Source: an uncultured Clostridia bacterium
GTDB taxonomy: Bacteria > Bacillota > Clostridia > TANB77 > CAG-508
DNA length: 64,000 nucleotides
Reading direction: 5' to 3'
Assembly (NCBI GenBank): GCA_934120645.1
Contig: CAKOUO010000001.1
Location: 67,273-131,272 of the forward strand
Part shown: positions 1-8,158 of the stretch, piece after piece
Layout: each line of letters begins with the position of its first letter
Position numbering within the stretch: the stretch's first letter is position 1
The notes under the pieces: model-generated
The model's database searches: none
What the model saw: the letters and a program-made list of their open reading frames with translations, nothing else
Told to the model about the DNA's origin: nothing
Translations under genes and position numbers: made by a program

Positions 1-2
1 CG

Positions 3-143
3 ATAGCTAGAATGGAAAAAGATTCAAATAAAATAAAAGAACTTAATTATCAAAGAGAAGAAATATATAAAAAGAATCAGACAATTATAGAAAAAGTAAT
101 TTTGGAATATGGAAAAATTGTAAAAGAAAAACTGGAGGAGTAA
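3..143 (+). CDS. 3' end of an ORF, or a complete 43-aa ORF from the ATG at 12, stopping 2 nt before the zeta-toxin start; possible cognate antitoxin
   Basis: Open frame from the window edge reads IARMEKDSNKIKELNYQREEIYKKNQTIIEKVILEYGKIVKEKLEE*, with TAA at 141-143. Same strand as, and abutting, 146..1036. No family recognised. Confidence 0.3.
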   Translation: MARMEKDSNKIKELNYQREEIYKKNQTIIEKVILEYGKIVKEKLEE

Positions 144-145
144 AT

Positions 146-1036
146 ATGCTACAAACTGAATTAATAATGAAAAAATACGCAATAACAGATAATCAACTTG
201 AAGAAATGTATAGAGATTCTAAGAAATTAATATTTGGAAATAAAAAAGTGTCTAAATTGAAACCAGTTGCTATATTGACAGGAGGACAGCCAGGAGCGGG
301 AAAAAGCGGATTGGTTTTAAGTTCAAAAAAGATATTTGATTCTTTAAATAGAAATCCTATTGTTTTAGATGGAGATACATATAGAGGATTATATCCAAAA
401 GCAATTGAAATTGCAAAAGATTATCCTGAATTTTATTCAGAAATAACAGATAAAGCTGTTGGAAAAATTATGGGAAGACTAATAGACGACACTATTTCAA
501 GTGGATATGACTTTATAAGAGAGGGAACTTTGAATTCGGCAGAAATAGTTGATCAATTATTATCGTCTAGTAAAGGTTACAATATTAAGATAAAATTATT
601 AGCAGTGTGTAGAGAAGAATCATTATTATCTATATTTGAAAGATATTTAGCTATGAAAAAAATTATGGGAATTGGAAGATTAACAACAATAGAATCACAT
701 GATAAAAGATATATACAATTTCCTAAAACAGCAAGAATTCAAGCAAATAAAGGTATTGAAATAGAAGTATATGAACGAACAAATAAAATTGAAAACCCAT
801 TAATGATTTATAAAACTTCATCAAATTCAAATAAATATTCTTGTTTTGAGGAAGCTTTAAAAAAAGGAAGAATAAATAGTTTTAATGAATGTATGAAGGA
901 TGCTGAAAGAAGATTAAAAGATATAAATCAAGATATGAAAGTATTAAAAGAACAAAATATAGAATTATCTTATCAATTAGAAAGATTAAATATTATAATA
1001 AATGACGCAATAAAAAGAGAAGAAAATGAAAGATAG
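146..1036 (+). CDS. Zeta/PezT-family toxin kinase (P-loop) with C-terminal coiled-coil extension
   Basis: Walker A LTGGQPGAGKSG, LDGDTYR and REGTL motifs as in zeta/PezT UDP-GlcNAc kinases. The last ~50 aa are heptad-like and K/E/L-rich. Confidence 0.7.
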   Translation: MLQTELIMKKYAITDNQLEEMYRDSKKLIFGNKKVSKLKPVAILTGGQPGAGKSGLVLSSKKIFDSLNRNPIVLDGDTYRGLYPKAIEIAKDYPEFYSEITDKAVGKIMGRLIDDTISSGYDFIREGTLNSAEIVDQLLSSSKGYNIKIKLLAVCREESLLSIFERYLAMKKIMGIGRLTTIESHDKRYIQFPKTARIQANKGIEIEVYERTNKIENPLMIYKTSSNSNKYSCFEEALKKGRINSFNECMKDAERRLKDINQDMKVLKEQNIELSYQLERLNIIINDAIKREENER

Positions 1037-1125
1037 AAAATGAAAATATAAATTTTGAACACCGTATTGTTAAAAATTAAAAACAAATTTAGTCACATAT
1101 TCATATAATATAATAGGTGATGCCA

Positions 1126-1648
1126 ATGAAAAATATATTAAAAGAATTATATGAAGACGCTAAAAACATAAAAGAAAAAGACCCAGCATGTAGAAATGTT
1201 CTAGAAGCAATCATACTGTATCCAGGATTTCATGCAATATTTTTTCATAGAATATCACACTTTTTGTATAAAAGAAAATTATACTTTTTAGCAAGACTAA
1301 TATCACAAATAGCACGACATATAACAGGAATAGAAATACACCCAGGAGCTAAAATAGGAAGAAGATTATTAATAGACCATGGAATGGGCGTTGTAATAGG
1401 AGAAACAACAACAATAGGAAATGATTGCACAATATATCATAATAGTACATTAGGAGGTACAGGAAAAGATAAATATAAAAGACACCCAGATTTAGGAAAT
1501 AATGTAATGGTCCGGTTCAGGGGCAAAAGTTTTAGGACCAATAAAAATAGGGAATAATGTCAAAATAGGAGCAAATGCAGTAGTACTTGAAAATGTACCC
1601 AATAATGTAACTGTGGTAGGAGTACATGCAAAGGTAGTTAAAAAATAG
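1126..1648 (+). pseudogene. cysE: Serine O-acetyltransferase (CysE) interrupted by a +1 frame break near 1512-1513
   Basis: Frame A gives [27 protein letters not shown]...[31 protein letters not shown]...[10 protein letters not shown], then nonsense and a stop at 1555-1557. The +1 frame from 1514 gives [44 protein letters not shown] (stop 1646-1648), restoring the hexapeptide repeat. SD AGGTG lies 6 nt before the ATG at 1126. Confidence 0.85.
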
Positions 1649-1668
1649 AGTTAACCTCTATTTTTTTC
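1645..1668 (+). terminator. Rho-independent terminator after cysE
   Basis: atagag-ttaac-ctctat hairpin followed by a T7 run. Confidence 0.6.
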
Positions 1669-1723
1669 TTGCTAATTTGTAAGATACATGATAAAATGTC
1701 TAATATAAAAGAGAGGATACAAA

Positions 1724-2302
1724 ATGAACAAAATTGTAATTGCAAGTAATAATCAGGGAAAAATACAAGAAATAAAAGAAATATTTAAAGGCAAGGAAAT
1801 TTTATCATTAAAACAAATAGAATGTCAGATAGAAGTTAAAGAAGAAGGAAAAACATTTGAAGAAAATGCTGTAATAAAAGCAAAAGAAACATATGATAAA
1901 ATAAAATTACCTTGTATAGCAGATGATAGTGGACTTTGTATTAAATCTTTAAATAATTATCCAGGAATATATACAAATCGTTTTTTAGGAGAAAATAAAA
2001 CTGATAAAGAAAAAAATGAGTATTTAATAGAAAAATTAAAAAACAAAGAAGATAGAACTGCGACATTTGAATGTAATGTAGTTTATTATAATGGAAGTAA
2101 AATATACATAGGAAAAGGAATATTAAAAGGAAAAATTGCAAAGAAACCAAAAGGCAAAAATGGATTTGGCTTTGATGAGATATTTGAATTAGAAAATGGA
2201 AAAACATTAGCAGAATTAACAAAAGAAGAAAAAAATAAGGTAAGTGCCAGAAAAATAGCATTAGAAGATTTGAAACAAAAAATGGAAAAGTGGGAGGAAT
2301 AA
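1724..2302 (+). CDS. rdgB: RdgB/HAM1 non-canonical purine NTP pyrophosphatase
   Basis: IVIASNNQGKIQEIKEIF, ADDSGLCI, YPGIYTNRF, GFGFDEIF and SARKIAL motifs. SD GAGAGGA upstream. Confidence 0.9.
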   Translation: MNKIVIASNNQGKIQEIKEIFKGKEILSLKQIECQIEVKEEGKTFEENAVIKAKETYDKIKLPCIADDSGLCIKSLNNYPGIYTNRFLGENKTDKEKNEYLIEKLKNKEDRTATFECNVVYYNGSKIYIGKGILKGKIAKKPKGKNGFGFDEIFELENGKTLAELTKEEKNKVSARKIALEDLKQKMEKWEE

Positions 2303-2305
2303 AAT

Positions 2306-3925
2306 ATGTATGAAAGAAGTGCTATTGTATTAGAAAAATATTTCAATAATATGTTTGGATTCAATCAAAAGGTAAATTTAAAAAGCAATTATAAAAATTA
2401 CAAAGAATTAGTTGAAGAAATAAAGAAATATCAAGAAATAATAAGTGGAGAAGAAAAAGTAATAAATGAATTTGATGAAATAGCAAATGAAATAAGGAAT
2501 ATACAACAAGAACAAAAAAAATTATATAAATCAAATGTAAAATTAGAAGAAGAGAGAAATCAAATATTTGAAGATTTAGATGAAACACCTGCACTTCTTG
2601 AAAAAAAGCTTGAAAAAATAGAAAATACAGTAGAAAAAAATAATACTAGATATGTTGAATTAAAAGAAAAATTTGTTAGTAATTTAGGTGAATTTGCAGA
2701 TAGACAAAAAGAGAGAAATAAAATAGCTAGGACAAGAAGATCAGAAGAAGCAATACATCTTCAATTAGTAAAAGAAGTTAGTAGTAGTTTGGGAGAAATA
2801 GAAGAAGAAAAAATAAAAGAATTGAAGTCATTTGTTATAGCAGAAGATGATAGTAAGTTAAAAAATGAAATTTCCAAAATTATGATAGACAACGGAAAAG
2901 ACGAAAGAGTCGGATTTGATGTAACAGTTATAGAAGAAGCTGTAACATTAAGACTTTTAATAGCAAAAAAAGAAGCAGAATGTTATTTATTAGCCTATGA
3001 TAGAATGAAAAAGATATTGGCAGAAATAGATAGTGACGAAATAAAATTAGATAAATATATTAAATCATTGAGAGATATAAGCATAAAATTAGAATTTTTA
3101 AAAGCAGAGAAAAGTTATATAATAAGTTTCTTAGATAATGAAAGAATGTCTGCAATGAATGGACCAAAAGCACATAAAAAAATGATGCAAGACGCATGCA
3201 TAAGTTTTAAATCAGATATAGAGCAAATTAATAATTTATATGAATTATTATTAAAAGAGATTTCAGGTAAGGTAACAAAAAAAGCATATAGTGAGTTATA
3301 TAATAAAGAATATTTGAAAAAAATAGAAGAAAAAGAGAAAAATTTTGAAGAGGAAATAAATAGTATAAAAATAAATGCTGGAACAATTATTAACTCAAAT
3401 TATTGGAGAATAGATGGAATAAAAAACTTATATCAAGTATTTAAAAATGAAGTAACTGAAAAATTTGGAAAAGATTTGTCAGAATTTGAAGTAGAAGAAG
3501 TAAATGCTGAAGAAATACCAGAAGAGGAAGAAAAAAATGAACCATCTATTGATGATATACTAGAATATAAATTTTCGAGAACAGTAAAACCAAAAACTAA
3601 AATTCCACAAGATTTGGAAGAAGATAATGAAGAAGACCAAGAAGATGATGATTATGAAGAACAAAATGAAGATGAAAACAAAGAATACAATAATGAATAT
3701 GAAGATAGTGAATATGATGATGAAATAGAATACGAAGATGATTATGATGATGAGTATGACGATTATGATGAATATGAAGATGGTGAAGACGAATTTGACG
3801 AAGATGATGATGGAGAACTAGAAGATAGCGAAGAATATGAAGATGAAGAACAAGATGATGAAGATGAAAAAGGAAAAAATTCAAAAGGGATTTTTAATAA
3901 ATTTTTTGGAGATAGAAAAAAATAA
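2306..3925 (+). CDS. Hypothetical long coiled-coil protein with a D/E/Y-rich acidic tail and a short basic/amphipathic C-terminus
   Basis: 539-aa ORF with SD GGGAGG. K/E-rich heptad-like sequence throughout. Roughly residues 430-525 are almost only D/E/Y. Ends KGIFNKFFGDRKK. Confidence 0.6.
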   Translation: MYERSAIVLEKYFNNMFGFNQKVNLKSNYKNYKELVEEIKKYQEIISGEEKVINEFDEIANEIRNIQQEQKKLYKSNVKLEEERNQIFEDLDETPALLEKKLEKIENTVEKNNTRYVELKEKFVSNLGEFADRQKERNKIARTRRSEEAIHLQLVKEVSSSLGEIEEEKIKELKSFVIAEDDSKLKNEISKIMIDNGKDERVGFDVTVIEEAVTLRLLIAKKEAECYLLAYDRMKKILAEIDSDEIKLDKYIKSLRDISIKLEFLKAEKSYIISFLDNERMSAMNGPKAHKKMMQDACISFKSDIEQINNLYELLLKEISGKVTKKAYSELYNKEYLKKIEEKEKNFEEEINSIKINAGTIINSNYWRIDGIKNLYQVFKNEVTEKFGKDLSEFEVEEVNAEEIPEEEEKNEPSIDDILEYKFSRTVKPKTKIPQDLEEDNEEDQEDDDYEEQNEDENKEYNNEYEDSEYDDEIEYEDDYDDEYDDYDEYEDGEDEFDEDDDGELEDSEEYEDEEQDDEDEKGKNSKGIFNKFFGDRKK

Positions 3926-3942
3926 ATAGTATAAAAAATAAG

Positions 3943-3965
3943 AGGTCGCAAAATGCGACCTTTTA
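3943..3965 (+). terminator. Rho-independent terminator
   Basis: aggtcgc-aaaat-gcgacct hairpin followed by tttt. Confidence 0.7.
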
Positions 3966-3972
3966 CTATTTT

Positions 3973-4059
3973 CTATAATTCAATTTTAGGCTCATACCTC
4001 TCAAGCCACATATTAACTTGGCACAAATAAGCCATAAGTTGAGGCCCAGTCCTTGGGTG
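3973..4059 (-). pseudogene. Relic of the 3' end of an asparagine synthase (asnB) paralogue
   Basis: The minus strand reads (TGA) HPRTGPQLMAYLCQVNMWLERYEPKIEL*. The intact asnB at 5214 ends ...TRPWFGQLMNGAQLFAYLCQVNMWLEKYQPKIEL*. The DNA is near-identical over the first ~45 nt (caattttaggct.atac.tctcaagccacatattaac). Confidence 0.8.
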
Positions 4060-4228
4060 TCAAAAAACAACACGAACAGATAACCGTTGATACTGTAAGA
4101 AAATGTGGAAAAACCACAATGTACAAAAATGAAGTTTTTTATAAAAATAACGAAAAAATAATATAAAACATGTGATTACTGAAATAAAGTGTTAGTTAAT
4201 GGCACTTTATTTTAATATTATAAAAAAG

Positions 4229-4257
4229 TTGAAAAATGTCGTAGGACATGCTAAAAT
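4229..4257 (+). promoter_or_regulatory. Sigma-A type promoter with extended -10
   Basis: TTGAAA (4229-4234), 17-nt spacer, TGcTAAAAT (-10 at 4252-4257). The spacer carries the palindrome atgtc-gtag-gacat. Confidence 0.6.
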
Positions 4258-4271
4258 ATAGGTAGATATTG

Positions 4272-4355
4272 TAAAATAGCAAAATAAACGAAAGTTTATG
4301 ACGCAAAGCCAAAGGTCTAAAAGCAAATATGCTTATGATGGCTAGGTTGCACAAA
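4272..4355 (+). promoter_or_regulatory. c-di-GMP-I (GEMM-I) riboswitch
   Basis: GCAAAA, then an ataaac-GAAA-gtttat tetraloop hairpin, then the invariant GACGCAAAGCC, then aaaGGTCTAAAA, a second hairpin (gca-aatat-gct), then GATGGCTAGGTTGC. Order and spacing match the Vc2/GEMM-I consensus as I recall it. It ends ~6 nt before the SD AGGGGG. Confidence 0.75.
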
Positions 4356-4373
4356 TGAAAAGGGGGAATTTAT

Positions 4374-5096
4374 ATGGAAATGAAAAAAATATTAAAAATT
4401 GTTGGAATTATAATACTAGCATTAATACTTATTATATTAATTTATTTTTCAACTATACATTTCAATGGTTTTCTAAAGAAAGACAATGTAATGACAAGAG
4501 AAGAAGTAGTGGCATTATTAAAAAAGGGAGAGGAATATCCTAATTATTATTACTCACCTGAAAATTACATATTTTTTAGAAATTTGAATGAAATGAAAAC
4601 AGAATATTATATAAAAGATGGTGTTATAAAATGTGTAAACAATGGCAATATTTTAAGATGGGAAAATTATAATACCGACGAAGTAATTAGTATAATGGGA
4701 GAAAATAATGAAAGAAAGTATGCTGGAATTTCATCTTTAAAAAGTTATTATAATAATGAAGATGAAACAGTCTTATATAGTCAAAGTGGGTTTGATTATT
4801 CAATAATTGCTGATGAAAAAACTTTTAATACCAATTTTGAATATTTAGGTGAAAAACAGTATAATGAAAGAACGACTATACTTGTTCAAGTATGGAATAA
4901 AGATAGTATCAAAGTTAATTCAACAATTTTTTACATTGATAAGGATTCTGGATTAGTGATGAGAAGAATTGATTATAGTGCAATGGGGTTAAAAAAACTT
5001 GACTGCAATAGAAATGTAAAATTTGATGTAGTTACTGATAAAGATGTAGAAAAGCCAAATCTAGATAATTATGAAGTATTAAATAGTGAAGAATAA
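4374..5096 (+). CDS. Hypothetical membrane-anchored (N-terminal TM) extracytoplasmic protein
   Basis: 240-aa ORF with SD AGGGGG 7 nt upstream. TM segment KIVGIIILALILIILIYFSTI. No family recognised. Confidence 0.7.
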   Translation: MEMKKILKIVGIIILALILIILIYFSTIHFNGFLKKDNVMTREEVVALLKKGEEYPNYYYSPENYIFFRNLNEMKTEYYIKDGVIKCVNNGNILRWENYNTDEVISIMGENNERKYAGISSLKSYYNNEDETVLYSQSGFDYSIIADEKTFNTNFEYLGEKQYNERTTILVQVWNKDSIKVNSTIFYIDKDSGLVMRRIDYSAMGLKKLDCNRNVKFDVVTDKDVEKPNLDNYEVLNSEE

Positions 5097-5143
5097 AGTC
5101 AGAAATGTTAGAGTGTAAAATTTGAAAAAATAATAAAATTTTT

Positions 5144-5175
5144 AGCAAGTGATTATTGATAACCACTTGCTTTTA
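5144..5175. terminator. Bidirectional terminator between convergent genes
   Basis: agcaagtg ... cacttgct hairpin flanked by A/T runs. Confidence 0.5.
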
Positions 5176-5213
5176 TAATACATGGAAAAATTATTTTAGT
5201 AATGAAATTAATA

Positions 5214-7061
5214 TTATAGTTCAATTTTAGGCTGATACTTCTCAAGCCACATATTAACCTGACAAAGATATGCAAACAACTGTGCACCGTTCATAAGCTG
5301 ACCAAACCATGGTCTAGTAAAAGCTGAACCATCTGTATTTAAAATATCTAAAATATACTCACGATTTAGTAGATTATTAATCGGAGCGTTTTTATCTTTC
5401 ATAATATCAGAAAGCATACCCTTAACTTTGGCTAAATAAGTAGGATTATGAGTTTTTGGATACGGAGATTTTTTCCTATCAACAATTTCAGCAGGAAGAA
5501 AATCTTTACAAATATATCTAAGTAGACCTTTCTCACGACCATTTAAAGCCTTTATCTCCCAAGGAATGTTCCATACATATTGAGCTAATCTATAATCACA
5601 AAAAGGAACACGGAGTTCTAAACCGTTATACATAGCCATTCTATCAGAACGATCTAATAAGGTTTGCATAAACCAATTCATTGTTAAATATGATATTTTA
5701 CGTTTTTCAGCTGTTTCTTTTGAATCACTATCTAAAATGTCAACTTCTGATAAACTTTCATTATATCTATAGTCAATATAACTTTTTAAATCAACAATTT
5801 TACCAATATTAGAATTTAATAACTTTTGTCTTTCATCAATTGCAATAGACCAAGGAAAAGTACCACTTTTTAGGCTATCTTCACGAAAAAACCAAGGGTA
5901 ACCACCAAAAATTTCATCAGCACATTCACCAGTTAAAGACACAGTCATTTCCTTTTTTACATTTTTGCAAAATAGAAGTAAAGAAGAATCTATATCAGCC
6001 ATACCAGGCATATCACGAGCAATCATTGCATCTTCCAAATATTCTGCAAGTTCAGGAGTATCAATAACTATTTTATGATGTCTTGTATGTAAATTTTTAT
6101 TCATTAAATCAATGTAGTAGTTATCAGAATTGGGTTGAAAATCACTTTTAACAAAATTTTTATCATTATCTACATAATCAATTGAATATGTATCCAAAGG
6201 TGGTAATCCGTTATCTTTACAATAATCAGAAGCAAATTTTGTTATTATACTTGAATCTAATCCGCCTGAAAGAAAAGTACATAAAGGTACATCAGAAACA
6301 AGTTGTCTTGTAATTGCATCATTTAATAAAAATTTGACTTTAGAACATGTAGTACCTAAGCTATCTGTATGTTTTTCTGATTTTAATTTCCAATATCTTT
6401 CTATATGAAATCCAGAACTGTTAAAAATTGCACAATGTGCAGGTCTTAATTCATAAATATTTTTAAAAATACTAGTTCCAGGAGTATGACTAGGTCCAAT
6501 TCCAAAAAGTTCACAAATTCCTTGACTATCAATTGTTTTTTCAATGCCAGGATATTCAAATAAAGTTTTAATTTCAGAACCAAAAATTAAGGTGTTATTT
6601 TTAACTGTATAAAATAAAGGCTTAACACCAAAGTGGTCACGAGCTATAAATAATTCTTTTGTTTTACTATTCCAAATGGCAAATGAAAAAATTCCATTTA
6701 AATGTTTTACAACATCAGAACCATAATAAATATAAGATTTTAGTAAAACTTCTGTATCACAATGACCATTAAAAGAAAAACCATTTTCTACTAAAGTTTC
6801 TTTAAGTTCTTTAGTGTTATAAATCTGACCATTATAAACAATAACATACTCACCATAAGAACGTTTTTCTACCATAGGTTGCTTACCACCATCAGGATCA
6901 ATAACAATAAGTCTTTTATGAGCTAGAGCAACATGATTATTTATATAAAAACCATCTTCATCTGGACCTCTCTTAGAAATAGTAGAATTCATGTTTAGTA
7001 AAACATGTTTCATATTAGAAATATCTTCTTTAAAATTAACAAAACCTACAAAACCACACAT
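5214..7061 (-). CDS. asnB: Asparagine synthase (glutamine-hydrolysing)
   Basis: MCGFVGF N-terminus (Ntn Cys nucleophile), so the start is the second Met of the listed ORF. SGGLDSS PP-loop. Full-length 615 aa. Confidence 0.92.
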   Translation of the reverse strand: MCGFVGFVNFKEDISNMKHVLLNMNSTISKRGPDEDGFYINNHVALAHKRLIVIDPDGGKQPMVEKRSYGEYVIVYNGQIYNTKELKETLVENGFSFNGHCDTEVLLKSYIYYGSDVVKHLNGIFSFAIWNSKTKELFIARDHFGVKPLFYTVKNNTLIFGSEIKTLFEYPGIEKTIDSQGICELFGIGPSHTPGTSIFKNIYELRPAHCAIFNSSGFHIERYWKLKSEKHTDSLGTTCSKVKFLLNDAITRQLVSDVPLCTFLSGGLDSSIITKFASDYCKDNGLPPLDTYSIDYVDNDKNFVKSDFQPNSDNYYIDLMNKNLHTRHHKIVIDTPELAEYLEDAMIARDMPGMADIDSSLLLFCKNVKKEMTVSLTGECADEIFGGYPWFFREDSLKSGTFPWSIAIDERQKLLNSNIGKIVDLKSYIDYRYNESLSEVDILDSDSKETAEKRKISYLTMNWFMQTLLDRSDRMAMYNGLELRVPFCDYRLAQYVWNIPWEIKALNGREKGLLRYICKDFLPAEIVDRKKSPYPKTHNPTYLAKVKGMLSDIMKDKNAPINNLLNREYILDILNTDGSAFTRPWFGQLMNGAQLFAYLCQVNMWLEKYQPKIEL

Positions 7062-7167
7062 AAAAAATCCTCCTATCATTCATTATATGCAATAAGAATG
7101 AAAAAGTTGCTTTTGAACAAAAAATATGGTAAAATTTATATTGTAGTAATAGGAGATGAAGAATTAG

Positions 7168-7743
7168 ATGAAATTAAAAAATATAATAGGTCATTTTTGT
7201 TTAATAACAAAACACAGATGGGTAGTTTTTAAACTTTGCTTAAAAATTGGAGAACCTTTGAGAGGATTAATGCACGATTTATCTAAATATTCACCAATAG
7301 AGTTTTGGGAAGGAGTTAAATATTTTAATGGTGGACATTCACCAATAACTGATTGTAAAAAAAGTGAAGGTTATTCAAAAGCTTGGTTACATCACAGAGG
7401 ACGAAATAAACATCATGCAGATTATTGGGTAGATTTAGGAGCAACTGAAAAAACACCAATTATTCCATATAAATATGCAGCTGAAATGATATGTGATAAA
7501 TTAGCAGCAGGAATTATATATAAAGGAAAAGATTGGGAACAAGGATATGAATTAGAATATTGGCAAAATGAAAGTAAAAAAGCACTAATAAATCCACAAA
7601 TAGCAAAATTTATAACAGAGGTATTTACACAAGTAAGTAAATATGGAATAAATGATGTATTAAATAAGAAGAACATTAGAGGATTATATAAAAAATATTG
7701 TATAGATTATGAAGAAAAAAATAAAATAGTTGACAAAATTTAA
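7168..7743 (+). CDS. DUF5662-like protein (often mis-annotated as catalase)
   Basis: ITKHRWVVFKLCLKIG, HDLSKYSPIEF and AWLHHRGRNKHHADYW match my recollection of this family. Confidence 0.55.
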   Translation: MKLKNIIGHFCLITKHRWVVFKLCLKIGEPLRGLMHDLSKYSPIEFWEGVKYFNGGHSPITDCKKSEGYSKAWLHHRGRNKHHADYWVDLGATEKTPIIPYKYAAEMICDKLAAGIIYKGKDWEQGYELEYWQNESKKALINPQIAKFITEVFTQVSKYGINDVLNKKNIRGLYKKYCIDYEEKNKIVDKI

Positions 7744-7758
7744 AAATACTTGTATAAT
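7730..7758 (+). promoter_or_regulatory. Consensus sigma-A promoter for rpmF
   Basis: TTGACA, 17 nt, TGTATAAT (extended -10). Confidence 0.65.
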
Positions 7759-7832
7759 CTTATAGTGCATAAAAATATAGTAAAATTTCAAATAGATATA
7801 AAAATATATCTTAAAGCAAGGGGGGAATTAAG

Positions 7833-8024
7833 ATGGCACAACCAAAAAGAAGATGGTCAAAAGCAAGAACACATTCAAAAAGATCAACATGGAAAAAAGA
7901 AGAACCAAAATTTGCTACATGCCCAAACTGCAATGAACCAGTATTACCACACAGAGTTTGCGGAAATTGCGGATATTATGATGGAAAACAAGTAGTAGCA
8001 AAAAAAGAAACTGAAAACGCATAA
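7833..8024 (+). CDS. rpmF: 50S ribosomal protein L32 (Zn-ribbon form)
   Basis: MAQPKRRWSKARTHSKRSTW...CPNCNEPVLPHRVCGNCGYY. SD GGGGGG. Confidence 0.95.
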   Translation: MAQPKRRWSKARTHSKRSTWKKEEPKFATCPNCNEPVLPHRVCGNCGYYDGKQVVAKKETENA

Positions 8025-8029
8025 TTATG

Positions 8030-8054
8030 ATAGCACCTAAAGTGCTATTTTTTC
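8030..8054 (+). terminator. Rho-independent terminator after rpmF
   Basis: atagcac-ctaaa-gtgctat hairpin followed by a T run. Confidence 0.7.
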
Positions 8055-8158
8055 TTTTTTCTACAAAAAATAAAAAATTTTTTATAAAATTCATATACAA
8101 TTTATAGTTAATGTGATATTATATAGGCATAAAATACTAAAGAAAGAGAGGGAGTATT

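Noticed and set aside
1245-1430. Numerous 60-215-aa minus-strand ORFs in the track that lie antisense to long + strand genes (for example 1245..1430, 1941..2261, 2086..2364, 3597..3884, 9482..9910, 10116..10547, 13713..14144, 18935..19507, 26125..26769, 43900..44388, 61157..61570).
   Set aside because: They are fully nested antisense to genes with clear family motifs and lack an SD. They translate to F/L/I/S-rich low-complexity strings, as expected from reading AT-rich coding DNA backwards.
3597-3880. GAA/GAT/TAT-rich repetitive DNA, considered as a microsatellite or CRISPR-like repeat.
   Set aside because: It is in-frame codon-level low complexity encoding the D/E/Y tail of 2306..3925, with no regular repeat-spacer structure.
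4355-4543. 62-aa ORF overlapping the start of 4374..5096 in another frame.
   Set aside because: Its start lies within the riboswitch/SD region with no SD of its own. The 4374 frame has the SD and a 240-aa product.
7750-7995. 81-aa ORF overlapping rpmF.
   Set aside because: It is an alternative frame of the L32 gene region. L32 is unmistakable and has the SD.
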